From assembly GCF_018398935.1 (NCBI RefSeq), contig NZ_CP074694.1, positions 1,140,001-1,172,000 on the forward strand: DNA of 32,000 bases, read 5' to 3'. The position numbers and the translations under genes are program-made. Positions 1 through 7,665 of this stretch are shown here, piece after piece. Source of the DNA: Telmatocola sphagniphila. Its GTDB lineage: Bacteria > Planctomycetota > Planctomycetia > Gemmatales > Gemmataceae. How positions within the stretch are numbered: the stretch's first letter is position 1; each line of letters starts with the position of its first letter. The notes below the pieces were generated by a model, which had not been told where the DNA came from, ran no database searches, and worked only from the letters and a program-made list of their open reading frames with translations.

Positions 1-2550
1 GTTTCCACCTGTAAACATCGCAAATCGATGATACCGCAAATTGGGATGGGGCCGTCGGGCCGCAAATAGCATGGCCAAGTTCGAAAACATGAGCATGAGC
101 AACCACATCCACGGCTTGAATACGCCTCTGTGCATGGCCTCGACGCACTCACAGGTACCGAGATTCTGGAACGGCTGAAACGAATTGTCGGCCCACCAAC
201 CCAGCAGCATCCCGAAGTTGCCCAGGGAAATCATTCCAAAAGACATATCGAGATCATGGCCGATCTCTTTTTGGTTCGACCATAAGAGAGACAGTATCCC
301 GCCGCAGATAGTAAATCCGAGGATTACCAGATTGGCCGCGGTACCCGTCAGTTCCAGCATTCTCACTGCCATCCAGGCCTGGCCAAAAAACGCCGCCATG
401 TGAAGGAACATTTTGAGCGTCAGGCCCAAGTCGAAACGGGCTTTCGCTACCGGGATCGGGGGAGCAAAGCAGTGATCGAAATTAGCGGGGACTCCAATTC
501 GTACGCTGGACCACGCCACCAGCAGGCTGGAAAACACCATGAGAAGTGCTGCCGTAATTGGGTGCAGCATACCGCAAGCGGCCAGTGACACCCCAAGAAT
601 GTTATAAGCTGTCGCCCGGAAGATATTACGGCGGACGACCCGCATGGCTTCCCGACTTAAGGCCATCGCCCAGGGGATTACGCGAAGATCCGTCGTGTAC
701 ATTACAGCGTCTGAGGAACCCAGTGCGATGTCAGTTCCCGAAGCCATAGCGAAACTGACGTGCGCCGTTTTTAAAGCGGCCGCGTCGTTCACTCCATCGC
801 CAATCATGATGGGATGGCGACCCTTATCGATGAGCCGTTGAATGTGGGACTGTTTTTCTTCCGGGAGTAAATTGCCCAGCGAGTGCTGAAGGCCGAGAGC
901 TTCCGCTCGCTCCGTACGATCCCCGGTCAGAACCTCGAACGGAATCTGCATTCGCTGCAGACTTTCCAGTGTGTCGGAGGCGGAATCGCGAAGTCGCTCG
1001 GTGAGAACCGCAAGACCCGCAACAGCTCCATCCAGTGAGAATGCAATTTTGTGGCCTTCCCGATGCAGCAGTTGCGATTCCAGCTGAAACAGAATTTCGC
1101 CTTTTTCATCGAGCCATTCCGGACGGCCGATTTTTACCTCGTGTTGTTCTCCAGAGGCATCTCGGATGATGGCCCGTACGCCGCGACCCGAGAATGTTTG
1201 GAAAGAAAGAACGTTAACATCCGAGCCCGTAATCAATTCCGCAAACGGTCGAGCCACCGGATGATCGCTTTTCTGCTGCACGGCTCCCAGCCAACTCAAT
1301 AGTTCCTGCCGCTTGACTCCTTTCTCCGTGGTGACCAAATCCGTTAGAGCATAGCGATCTTCGGTCAGTGTGCCGGTCTTGTCGAAGAGGACGCTATCGG
1401 CCGTGGCCAATCGCTCGATGACATCGCCCGATTGAACGACTATCCCTCTTTCCGCCAGACGTCCCAAAGCTGACCAGAGTACGATGGGAGTGGCCAATCC
1501 TAAGGCACAAGGGCAGGCGACAAGGAGTACCGACATGGATCGGAATGTTCCGGTCTGCCAGCCGGCGACACTCGTCCAGTAAGCAAAAGTGCCACCGGCA
1601 AGGATGAGGAGAATAGGGAGAAAAATGGCCGTGAGGCGATCCGCAATCGACTGAACCGAAAGCGGTTTGGATTTCGCCTCCTCGACCGCATTCAAAAGAC
1701 GATCAATCTGCCGTTCTTTTCCGGGCTTCGTCGCTTCCACGCGAAAGAGCGCATCGTAGCTGATTGTACCGGCAAGAATCTGATCCCCTTGTCGACGAAC
1801 CACCGCGAAAGGCTCTCCCCTAACAGCGGCCTCCGAAACGAAGCCAGTTCCTTCCCGGATGACGCCGTCCACGCTGAACGATTCCCCAGGGTGAACTTCG
1901 ACACGATCCCCAATCTGCACTTCGGAAACGGGAATATTTCGCGTTCGACCGTTCGAGTCGACTAAGCGGGAAGTGGCGAGTTCTTTTGCCCACTGCCGAG
2001 AGGAAGCCAGTGCAGCCGCCCGACTTCGAGCGCCAATGGCTTTTCCCAGCGAGTAAACCACTAAAAGAACGCTGACGACTTCAAAATAGATGGGGCCAGA
2101 ACCTGAAATGAAGGATTGTAGGGAAGCTGCCATTGCCCCGACGAGGGTCAGGATAAACAACAGTTCCACGGTAATTCGTTTCCGCGAGAGTTCAGAAAGA
2201 GTGTTCCGAAAAAGTGGCCAGCCGAGGAGTGCCACGACGACCAAAGTCGCTGCCAGGATGATGCCATGAACGATCAGCTTTACGGTTCGTGGTGTATCGT
2301 CGTGGAGGTTAATCCCCAGACCAAAAATCATCGATTGCCCGATGATGAACAGGCTAACTCCCAGACGGATAGAGAAACCGTCTAACTTCCAGGAATGATT
2401 TGAAGGTTGTTTAAGCGAAGCCAGATCGGCTTCGCCCAGGCTTAAGCAGCCAAAACAGCAGTAATTTGCGGGAGGAGTATTAGGCCAGGGCCGGCCCTGA
2501 TATCCCTTTCCGGAGATCAATCCTTTGCAATAATCACACGTGCGGGACAT
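1..2550 (-). CDS. ccoI: Cu(I)-translocating P1B-type ATPase, CcoI/FixI-like. It is partial: the 3' end lies beyond the left window edge. It carries a non-canonical C-terminal membrane extension.
   Basis: The minus-strand frame is open from the ATG at 2550-2548 to nt 1 with no stop, which is why it is absent from the ORF track. My translation shows MSRTCDYCKG...NYCCFGCLSLGE, a CxxC...CCxxC N-terminal metal-binding motif of FixI/CcoI type. It also shows the TM CPC motif (VACPCALGLATP), FDKTGTLTE, SDHPVARPF, LTGDRTE and GDGVNDAAAL. AYNILG (YN) and MVFSS (MxxSS) complete the Cu(I) P1B-1 signature. The gene lies directly downstream of ccoNOP. Confidence 0.93.
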   Translation of the reverse strand, partial: MSRTCDYCKGLISGKGYQGRPWPNTPPANYCCFGCLSLGEADLASLKQPSNHSWKLDGFSIRLGVSLFIIGQSMIFGLGINLHDDTPRTVKLIVHGIILAATLVVVALLGWPLFRNTLSELSRKRITVELLFILTLVGAMAASLQSFISGSGPIYFEVVSVLLVVYSLGKAIGARSRAAALASSRQWAKELATSRLVDSNGRTRNIPVSEVQIGDRVEVHPGESFSVDGVIREGTGFVSEAAVRGEPFAVVRRQGDQILAGTISYDALFRVEATKPGKERQIDRLLNAVEEAKSKPLSVQSIADRLTAIFLPILLILAGGTFAYWTSVAGWQTGTFRSMSVLLVACPCALGLATPIVLWSALGRLAERGIVVQSGDVIERLATADSVLFDKTGTLTEDRYALTDLVTTEKGVKRQELLSWLGAVQQKSDHPVARPFAELITGSDVNVLSFQTFSGRGVRAIIRDASGEQHEVKIGRPEWLDEKGEILFQLESQLLHREGHKIAFSLDGAVAGLAVLTERLRDSASDTLESLQRMQIPFEVLTGDRTERAEALGLQHSLGNLLPEEKQSHIQRLIDKGRHPIMIGDGVNDAAALKTAHVSFAMASGTDIALGSSDAVMYTTDLRVIPWAMALSREAMRVVRRNIFRATAYNILGVSLAACGMLHPITAALLMVFSSLLVAWSSVRIGVPANFDHCFAPPIPVAKARFDLGLTLKMFLHMAAFFGQAWMAVRMLELTGTAANLVILGFTICGGILSLLWSNQKEIGHDLDMSFGMISLGNFGMLLGWWADNSFQPFQNLGTCECVEAMHRGVFKPWMWLLMLMFSNLAMLFAARRPHPNLRYHRFAMFTGGN

Positions 2551-2562
2551 AGCAGAATCCCA

Positions 2563-2596
2563 CCCGGATGACTTCTTGCCTGATCGATCATCCGGG
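2563..2596 (-). promoter_or_regulatory. Intercistronic stem-loop between ccoP-like and ccoI: a 9-bp perfect stem with a 16-nt loop.
   Basis: cccggatga (2563-2571) is the exact reverse complement of tcatccggg (2588-2596). The hairpin sits in the 51-nt gap between the ccoP stop (2602) and the ccoI start (2550). No U-tract follows it on the minus strand. Confidence 0.4.
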
Positions 2597-2601
2597 ATTA
2601 G

Positions 2602-3387
2602 TTACTTTTTCATATCTTTGGGTGCGTCTTTTTTCGGTGCATCCTTCTTAGCATCGGCTTTCGCAGCAGGGGCTGCGGACGCTGCTACTGGATCGCTGTA
2701 TTCCACAGGCAATGCAAGCAAAGTTATTTGCGTCATGGATTGTGCACCAGTCATCTGCCGGCCGGTTTCCTTCGCCCGGGCAGCCGCAATGACCGACGGT
2801 CGAATTGGATCGGCGGCATTTTCCCAGTTCGAACGAACATAGGTCAAAACTGCGGCGATCTGTTCATCTTTCAACTGTGCACCCCAGGCAGGCATCTGTC
2901 CATTATAGCTCTTGCCTTTCACGGTGATGCTACCGTTTAAACCATAAAGCAAAATTCGAGCCAGCCGGGCGGGTGAACTCTGTTCGCCGACGACCCATTC
3001 CGATTTGTTCAGAGCAGGGAACTGGGCGGGAAGACCTTCGCCATTAGCCTGGTGACAGCTGATGCAGTTGTTGAAAACGCGAGCCCCGAGTTTCTTCAAC
3101 TCGTCTACGGGGGCGGTTTCATAATCGATTGCGGGCTTGGCGGGACCTTGATTACCGACTTTAGGCTGGGGTCGATCCATTACCGTCGAACTATAATCCC
3201 CGGCGTAGGTGGCTACATACCAACCTCCCCAGGAGAGTAATCCCGCAAAGCAAAGTGTCATCCAGAAGGGAACTGGTTCGAAACCATCGTGCGGTTCGTT
3301 GTGTTCCCGACTGATCGCATGCTGGGCGGCATGGAGATCGTATTCGTGGGATGCAATTTGATCATTGGAATCTGGCGTCGTGCTCAT
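2602..3387 (-). CDS. ccoP: cbb3-type oxidase subunit III-like membrane-anchored monoheme cytochrome c (CcoP-like).
   Basis: There is a single CXXCH (NNCISCHQANGEG) in a class-I cytochrome c domain (QMPAWG...LTYVRSNW). The N-terminal anchor HDGFEPVPFWMTLCFAGLLSWGGWYV resembles the FixP N-terminal segment. I chose the ATG at 3387 because it overlaps the ccoO TGA (ATGA) and is preceded by GGAGAG; the ORF track's upstream start is at 3429. The protein has a Lys-rich C-terminal tail. Confidence 0.8.
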   Translation of the reverse strand: MSTTPDSNDQIASHEYDLHAAQHAISREHNEPHDGFEPVPFWMTLCFAGLLSWGGWYVATYAGDYSSTVMDRPQPKVGNQGPAKPAIDYETAPVDELKKLGARVFNNCISCHQANGEGLPAQFPALNKSEWVVGEQSSPARLARILLYGLNGSITVKGKSYNGQMPAWGAQLKDEQIAAVLTYVRSNWENAADPIRPSVIAAARAKETGRQMTGAQSMTQITLLALPVEYSDPVAASAAPAAKADAKKDAPKKDAPKDMKK

Positions 3388-4016
3388 TGTTTGCTCTCCG
3401 GCAGTTCCACGGTCGAACGATTGAGCCACAGGAGAAATTCTACCAGCGATTTAGCCTGGCTGGTGGGGACGATTTCAAAACCTGGTGCCACATATCGGGA
3501 TTGTTCTTCCCCAAAATTCAGAGCATCTACCGAGGGTTGACCGATGATCTTCCGGGTTTCATAAAGGAAGCTAAAGGGAGGCATGATCGATCCTGGGCTC
3601 GTCGAAACAGGTCGATACAGGTGTCGATGATGCCAGGCGGGATCGGGGAGGCGTTTGCCGATATTGCTCAGATCCGGACCGGTACGCATCGTACCGAGCA
3701 TGATCGGCCGGTCGAACATGTAATCGCGTGGATAAGTGCGACGATCGCCCCAACCCCGCAGAATGTCTGTATTGTTGCCGAACGACTCGTCGCGGATCTG
3801 CTGCGAATGGCAGTAAAGACAGCCGTTCGCCTTGTAGACAGCGAAGCCATCGGCGACTGCACCCGACATGGGCTTCGGGTAGACATCGTTGGTCGTTTCA
3901 TCAACTACCACCGGCTGCATTTGATTGACCTTAACTAGCGGGGCAAAAACAAGGCCCAGCCAAGAGGAGGTAAAAGTCAAAAAGCAGCCGAGAAACAGGA
4001 CCATACCCCGATCCAT
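3384..4016 (-). CDS. ccoO: cbb3-type cytochrome c oxidase subunit II (monoheme, CcoO/FixO).
   Basis: It has an N-terminal TM segment, the heme motif YKANGCLYCHSQQIR, and MRTGPDLSNIG...WHHRHLYRP, which is typical of FixO. AGGAGA lies upstream of the ATG. The gene is directly downstream of ccoN. Confidence 0.93.
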   Translation of the reverse strand: MDRGMVLFLGCFLTFTSSWLGLVFAPLVKVNQMQPVVVDETTNDVYPKPMSGAVADGFAVYKANGCLYCHSQQIRDESFGNNTDILRGWGDRRTYPRDYMFDRPIMLGTMRTGPDLSNIGKRLPDPAWHHRHLYRPVSTSPGSIMPPFSFLYETRKIIGQPSVDALNFGEEQSRYVAPGFEIVPTSQAKSLVEFLLWLNRSTVELPESKQ

Positions 4017-4067
4017 GTTTGCTCTCCTAAACTATGGCTGTCTTGGGCACAGCCGGATTCTCAGAAA

Positions 4068-5576
4068 TCAACTCGCGACAGCCATCTCTTCGGAGGAGTG
4101 GCTAGTTTTCTTAGTAAAGTAGGTCGGTCCGGATCGTTTAGCACTCATTTTCGTCACGTTCATGAGGAACAGAACCAGGAAGACGATATGACCCAGAGTC
4201 ATCAAGCTTCCGCCGATCGTGCGGCTCATCAAGTACGGAACGGTATCCTTCACGATGTTCATGAAAGGAACAGGTTTTCCTTCTGGATCGATAGCGATCA
4301 AAGCTTTGCCTTGATACCAGCCGCCGATGCTCAAGCCCGTGAAATAAATTACGATACCCAGAGCAGTGCACCAGAAATGGATGCGAATCAGTCTCGAGGA
4401 TCCCCATTCCCAACCGGTCAGACGCGGAACGATGTAATACATGGTCCCGAACATGATCATCGTGTAGAAGCCGTAAGCTCCAAGGTGAGCATGTCCCACA
4501 GTGTAGTGAGTGAAGTGAGCCACTTCGCTGAAGTCGCGAAGCGCCTCAATCGAACCCTGCAAACTCACAGCCGTGTAGGAAATCGCCCCAAAGACTACGA
4601 AGCGGAGTGATGGACTGTATCGAAGTTGGTCGAAGTGTCCCCACATAGTCATGTGGTGATTCAACCCGACCGCCATAACCGGGATGAACATCATCATCGA
4701 TCCCACCACGGAGGCGGAGACCATCCAGGCGGGAATCGGGCCACCGATCAGATGGTGCATACCCGCCCAACTGTAGAATAGTGCCAATGCCCAGAACCCG
4801 ATGATGCTCAGGTAATAGCTGTAAACCGGCCGGCCGATCACCTTGGGGATGATGTAGTACGCCGAGCCAACACCGATCGGCGTGAGCCAAAGGCCGAGAA
4901 CGTTGTGGGCAAACCACCAGTTACAAGCAGCCTGTACCACGCCTTGAGCAGGATCCATGACTCCGGGAATGCCGAAAATCACCAGTTGAGCGACAGTATA
5001 AAGCCAGGGCATCCAGAACATGGCACCGAAAATATACCACTGAGTCACGTATACGTGCTTTTCACGACGATTGCGGAAAGTGGCGATCGTCCAGGCCGCA
5101 ACTAATCCCAGGGAGATAGTGATCAGTGGACCGATGACTTGAGGAGCTTCGAGCCATTCCACGCCCGCACTGTAGCCTGCGAGAATACCCACGAGAGCGG
5201 TACCCACTGCGATATTGTAAAGCACGACCGAAATGTAAAGAATTTTCGGATAGATCAGCTGCACGCGCGACAAACGGCACATCAGCCAGATCGAGACGCC
5301 CATACCGACGCCAAAACCCCAGCCAATACCGACCATGTTCAAGTGGGCCGGTCGGACGCGTCCGAACGTCAGCCAGGAGGTTTCGGAAAGAAACCAGGTG
5401 GCGTGCATTTTGATGGAGGCGGTCAGCCCGAGCAAAGATCCGATTACGAGCCAGATCAGAGCGCTGCCAAGGAATAAAAGAACCGGACCCCGGCAGGATT
5501 CATCGATTAATCTTCGCTCTTCAGCAAAACGAGCTTTTTCAGCCGCGGAGAGTGGCGCTTCAGCTGTAACTGACAT
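4068..5576 (-). CDS. ccoN: cbb3-type cytochrome c oxidase subunit I (CcoN).
   Basis: This is a 502-aa polytopic membrane protein with heme-copper oxidase His ligand patterns (WFAHNVLGLW; AGMHHLIGGP; HFTHYTVGHAHLGAYGF). GAGGGA precedes the ATG, and the ccoO/ccoP context supports the call. Confidence 0.95.
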   Translation of the reverse strand: MSVTAEAPLSAAEKARFAEERRLIDESCRGPVLLFLGSALIWLVIGSLLGLTASIKMHATWFLSETSWLTFGRVRPAHLNMVGIGWGFGVGMGVSIWLMCRLSRVQLIYPKILYISVVLYNIAVGTALVGILAGYSAGVEWLEAPQVIGPLITISLGLVAAWTIATFRNRREKHVYVTQWYIFGAMFWMPWLYTVAQLVIFGIPGVMDPAQGVVQAACNWWFAHNVLGLWLTPIGVGSAYYIIPKVIGRPVYSYYLSIIGFWALALFYSWAGMHHLIGGPIPAWMVSASVVGSMMMFIPVMAVGLNHHMTMWGHFDQLRYSPSLRFVVFGAISYTAVSLQGSIEALRDFSEVAHFTHYTVGHAHLGAYGFYTMIMFGTMYYIVPRLTGWEWGSSRLIRIHFWCTALGIVIYFTGLSIGGWYQGKALIAIDPEGKPVPFMNIVKDTVPYLMSRTIGGSLMTLGHIVFLVLFLMNVTKMSAKRSGPTYFTKKTSHSSEEMAVAS

Positions 5577-5587
5577 TAGTTATTCCC

Positions 5588-5848
5588 TCAATCAGCCGTA
5601 GGACGACCCGGTTGAGACGGTCGACGTTGTGGTTGCCCCGGAAACGCATCGGTAGTTTCGCCGATCGGCTCATCCGGATCGAAAATTGCTCGGGCCGAGC
5701 GCGTGAAATTTTCAAATTGACCATCTTTAACGCCCCAGGCCAGGGCCATGATCATCGCGGCGGAAAACATCAGACTTGCCACGGTAACGATCAAAATCAT
5801 CAGCTTGTCGTTGGAAGTGATAACTTCCGGATCAATTGGAATGCTCAT
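5588..5848 (-). CDS. ccoS: cbb3 oxidase maturation protein CcoS/FixS-like.
   Basis: This is an 86-aa protein with a single TM segment followed by ALAWGVKDGQFENFTRSARAIFDPDEP. That matches the CcoS pattern W-x3-GQF(D/E)..........D(D/E). A strong GGAGGAGG Shine-Dalgarno (SD) sequence precedes the ATG, which lies 11 nt upstream of ccoN. Confidence 0.8.
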   Translation of the reverse strand: MSIPIDPEVITSNDKLMILIVTVASLMFSAAMIMALAWGVKDGQFENFTRSARAIFDPDEPIGETTDAFPGQPQRRPSQPGRPTAD

Positions 5849-5875
5849 CGAATCTAACCTCCTCCGATTCGAAAA

Positions 5876-6337
5876 TTACTTCTTTTCCGGCTTCGGAGCG
5901 TCCTTGGAAGAGGCTTTGGGCTCTTCCTTTTTAGCGTCTTTGGGCTCGTCTTTTTTAACTTCCTTGGGAGCAGGAGGTGTTTCGGCCTTCGGCTCGGGTT
6001 TGACAGTAGGCTTCATAGGGAACGGGAGTTTCCCGTTCTTGGAACCTTCTTCGATCATTTTCTGAACGGAGACATCTACGGGAATACGAACCGTATTGGT
6101 GGCTTTGTCGAAGTTGCCATAAGAGCTGATCATGTCCTTCTGAGCAGCCAGCAATTCTTTTAGTTTCTGTTCACCGCTGATGGTCGGAGTCGCCACGTCC
6201 ATTTTGTTGGAGTAGTAGTAGATGACAACGATCAAACCGGCAAACAGGAACAAAAGCAACAGCGTGGTCACAATTGTAATCACCGGGAAACCGGGTGAAG
6301 GAATCTCATGTTTGTTGGGAGTCGTATTGATGTCCAT
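5876..6337 (-). CDS. Hypothetical single-pass membrane protein with a Lys/Pro/Glu-rich C-terminal tail. It sits between actF and ccoS.
   Basis: It has an ATG start and one strong TM segment (FPVITIVTTLLLLFLFAGLIVVIYYY). A short globular segment follows (NTVRIPVDVSVQKMIEEG), then a 45-aa tail (KPTVKPEPKAETPPAPKEVKKDEPKDAKKEEPKASSKDAPKPEKK). The gene is co-directional within the respiratory cluster. I recognised no family. Confidence 0.6.
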   Translation of the reverse strand: MDINTTPNKHEIPSPGFPVITIVTTLLLLFLFAGLIVVIYYYSNKMDVATPTISGEQKLKELLAAQKDMISSYGNFDKATNTVRIPVDVSVQKMIEEGSKNGKLPFPMKPTVKPEPKAETPPAPKEVKKDEPKDAKKEEPKASSKDAPKPEKK

Positions 6338-6349
6338 TTCTCGGATTCT

Positions 6350-6381
6350 CGCAAAATAACCCGGCTGGCAATACCGCCGGG
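6350..6381 (-). terminator. Candidate intrinsic terminator or attenuator between actF and the downstream orf/cco genes.
   Basis: On the minus strand, CCCGGC (complement of 6376-6381) pairs with GCCGGG (complement of 6360-6365) across a 10-nt loop. TTATTTTG (complement of 6350-6359) follows directly. The element lies about 30 nt after the actF stop. Confidence 0.4.
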
Positions 6382-6411
6382 GTAAATTCGTAACACAGAC
6401 GGCGTTCCGGT

Positions 6412-7665
6412 TTATTTCGGATCGCCGAACTCGTCGTTTTCAAAATGGATCGATTCATCCAGTCGGGGATCGCCTACGGGAATCATCGGAGCCTTTTTCC
6501 AGCCGTTGAAGAGGCAGGTCATCAACAAGCCCCCGAAGAACAGCAGCGATGCGATCGTCGTCCAGTGGAATTGTATCCCGCTGATCGGATCGTCGTGAAC
6601 GGTTGGCTTCAACATTTCCGGCATGATCTGCCAGTATTGATCGTAGCAGTGGAAAAACAGAATCCAGGATGCCACAAAGGCCATAATCTTTGGATTACGC
6701 TTGTTGCCGCGGGGCAGCAGGATCAGGAACGGAACCACGAAGTAACCGAGCGGTAGTATCACCGACATGTGATACCAGGTTCCGACACGGCGGTTGCGGA
6801 AGAACTGAACTTCCTCCGGCATGTTGCCATACCACTGCAGGAAGTACTGGTCGAATGCGATATAGGTCCAGAATACAGTGAACCCGAAGGTCAGCTTGCC
6901 CATATCGTGCAGGTGTTCTCGAGTGATCGTGTTTCTCAGGTATCCCGCCGAGCGGAGACCCAAAGTGATCAGAATAATCAACGCCAGAGAACTGCGGATC
7001 CCACCGGCCCAGAAATAAACGCCGAAGATCGTGGAGAACCAGGTGTAATTCAAGCTCATGATGAGGTCGAAAGCGGTGAACGTCGCCGTCAAGCCTAGCA
7101 GAAGTATACCGGAGGGAGCCCACCATTGCATCTTCTTGGTGATGGAGACTTCTCGTGTCGAGTCCTGCTTCAGCGAATTATTTCGCATGAAATAGGAGTA
7201 ACCGATCCAGATCGCGAAGTAGATGCAGATGCGGGCAATGAAGAATCCCGGACTCAGCCAGAATCGCTTGGAGCTAACCGGAATATCAATTTCTGTTGCG
7301 TGTGCCCCCTTATAAATGGAACCCAATCCCAGAGCAATTGGCAGGAACAGCACCAGAAGAATCGGCAGAGCCCGAGTGATATTCTCGAAGCTTCGACGAA
7401 TACCGACCGACCATCCGGCGTCCGCCACGTGATGAATCATCGTCCAGAAAAGGCAGCCCAGTGTAATCGACAGGGCGTAGACGTAGCCGTGCAGATACGA
7501 AAAGAGAAACTGCTTGTGGCCTTCGGTACTATCGAGAATGAAGCCGATCGCCAGTAGTACGGCACCGGTCAAAGTCACCGCAAGCGCCTTCTGATAAAGG
7601 CCTGCGCTGACCGACTCAGGCATATTGGGAGAATCCGGCAGTGTATGTTCCGCGGTTGCGCTCAT
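6412..7665 (-). CDS. actF: Alternative complex III subunit ActF (polytopic membrane subunit).
   Basis: This is a 417-aa multi-TM protein. The motif FWTMIHHVADAGWSVGIRRSFE is typical of ActF-type quinol:cytochrome c oxidoreductase membrane subunits. Its ATG overlaps the actE TAA by 1 nt. Confidence 0.8.
   Translation of the reverse strand: MSATAEHTLPDSPNMPESVSAGLYQKALAVTLTGAVLLAIGFILDSTEGHKQFLFSYLHGYVYALSITLGCLFWTMIHHVADAGWSVGIRRSFENITRALPILLVLFLPIALGLGSIYKGAHATEIDIPVSSKRFWLSPGFFIARICIYFAIWIGYSYFMRNNSLKQDSTREVSITKKMQWWAPSGILLLGLTATFTAFDLIMSLNYTWFSTIFGVYFWAGGIRSSLALIILITLGLRSAGYLRNTITREHLHDMGKLTFGFTVFWTYIAFDQYFLQWYGNMPEEVQFFRNRRVGTWYHMSVILPLGYFVVPFLILLPRGNKRNPKIMAFVASWILFFHCYDQYWQIMPEMLKPTVHDDPISGIQFHWTTIASLLFFGGLLMTCLFNGWKKAPMIPVGDPRLDESIHFENDEFGDPK

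Noticed and set aside
3351-3938. A 195-aa plus-strand ORF. Similar antisense ORFs occur at 14040-14603, 8040-8513, 17502-18044, 22013-22720 and 4098-4610.
   Set aside because: All lie opposite well-supported minus-strand genes (ccoO, actA, actE, the vWA gene, the SGNH gene, ccoN). None has start-site context or family motifs.
5876-6337. The possibility that orf153 is CcoH, CcoQ or ActG.
   Set aside because: It is too long and differently organised for CcoQ. I could recognise no FixH-type domain pattern. I cannot align it by eye to ActG/ActH. It is left as hypothetical and reported as a finding instead.
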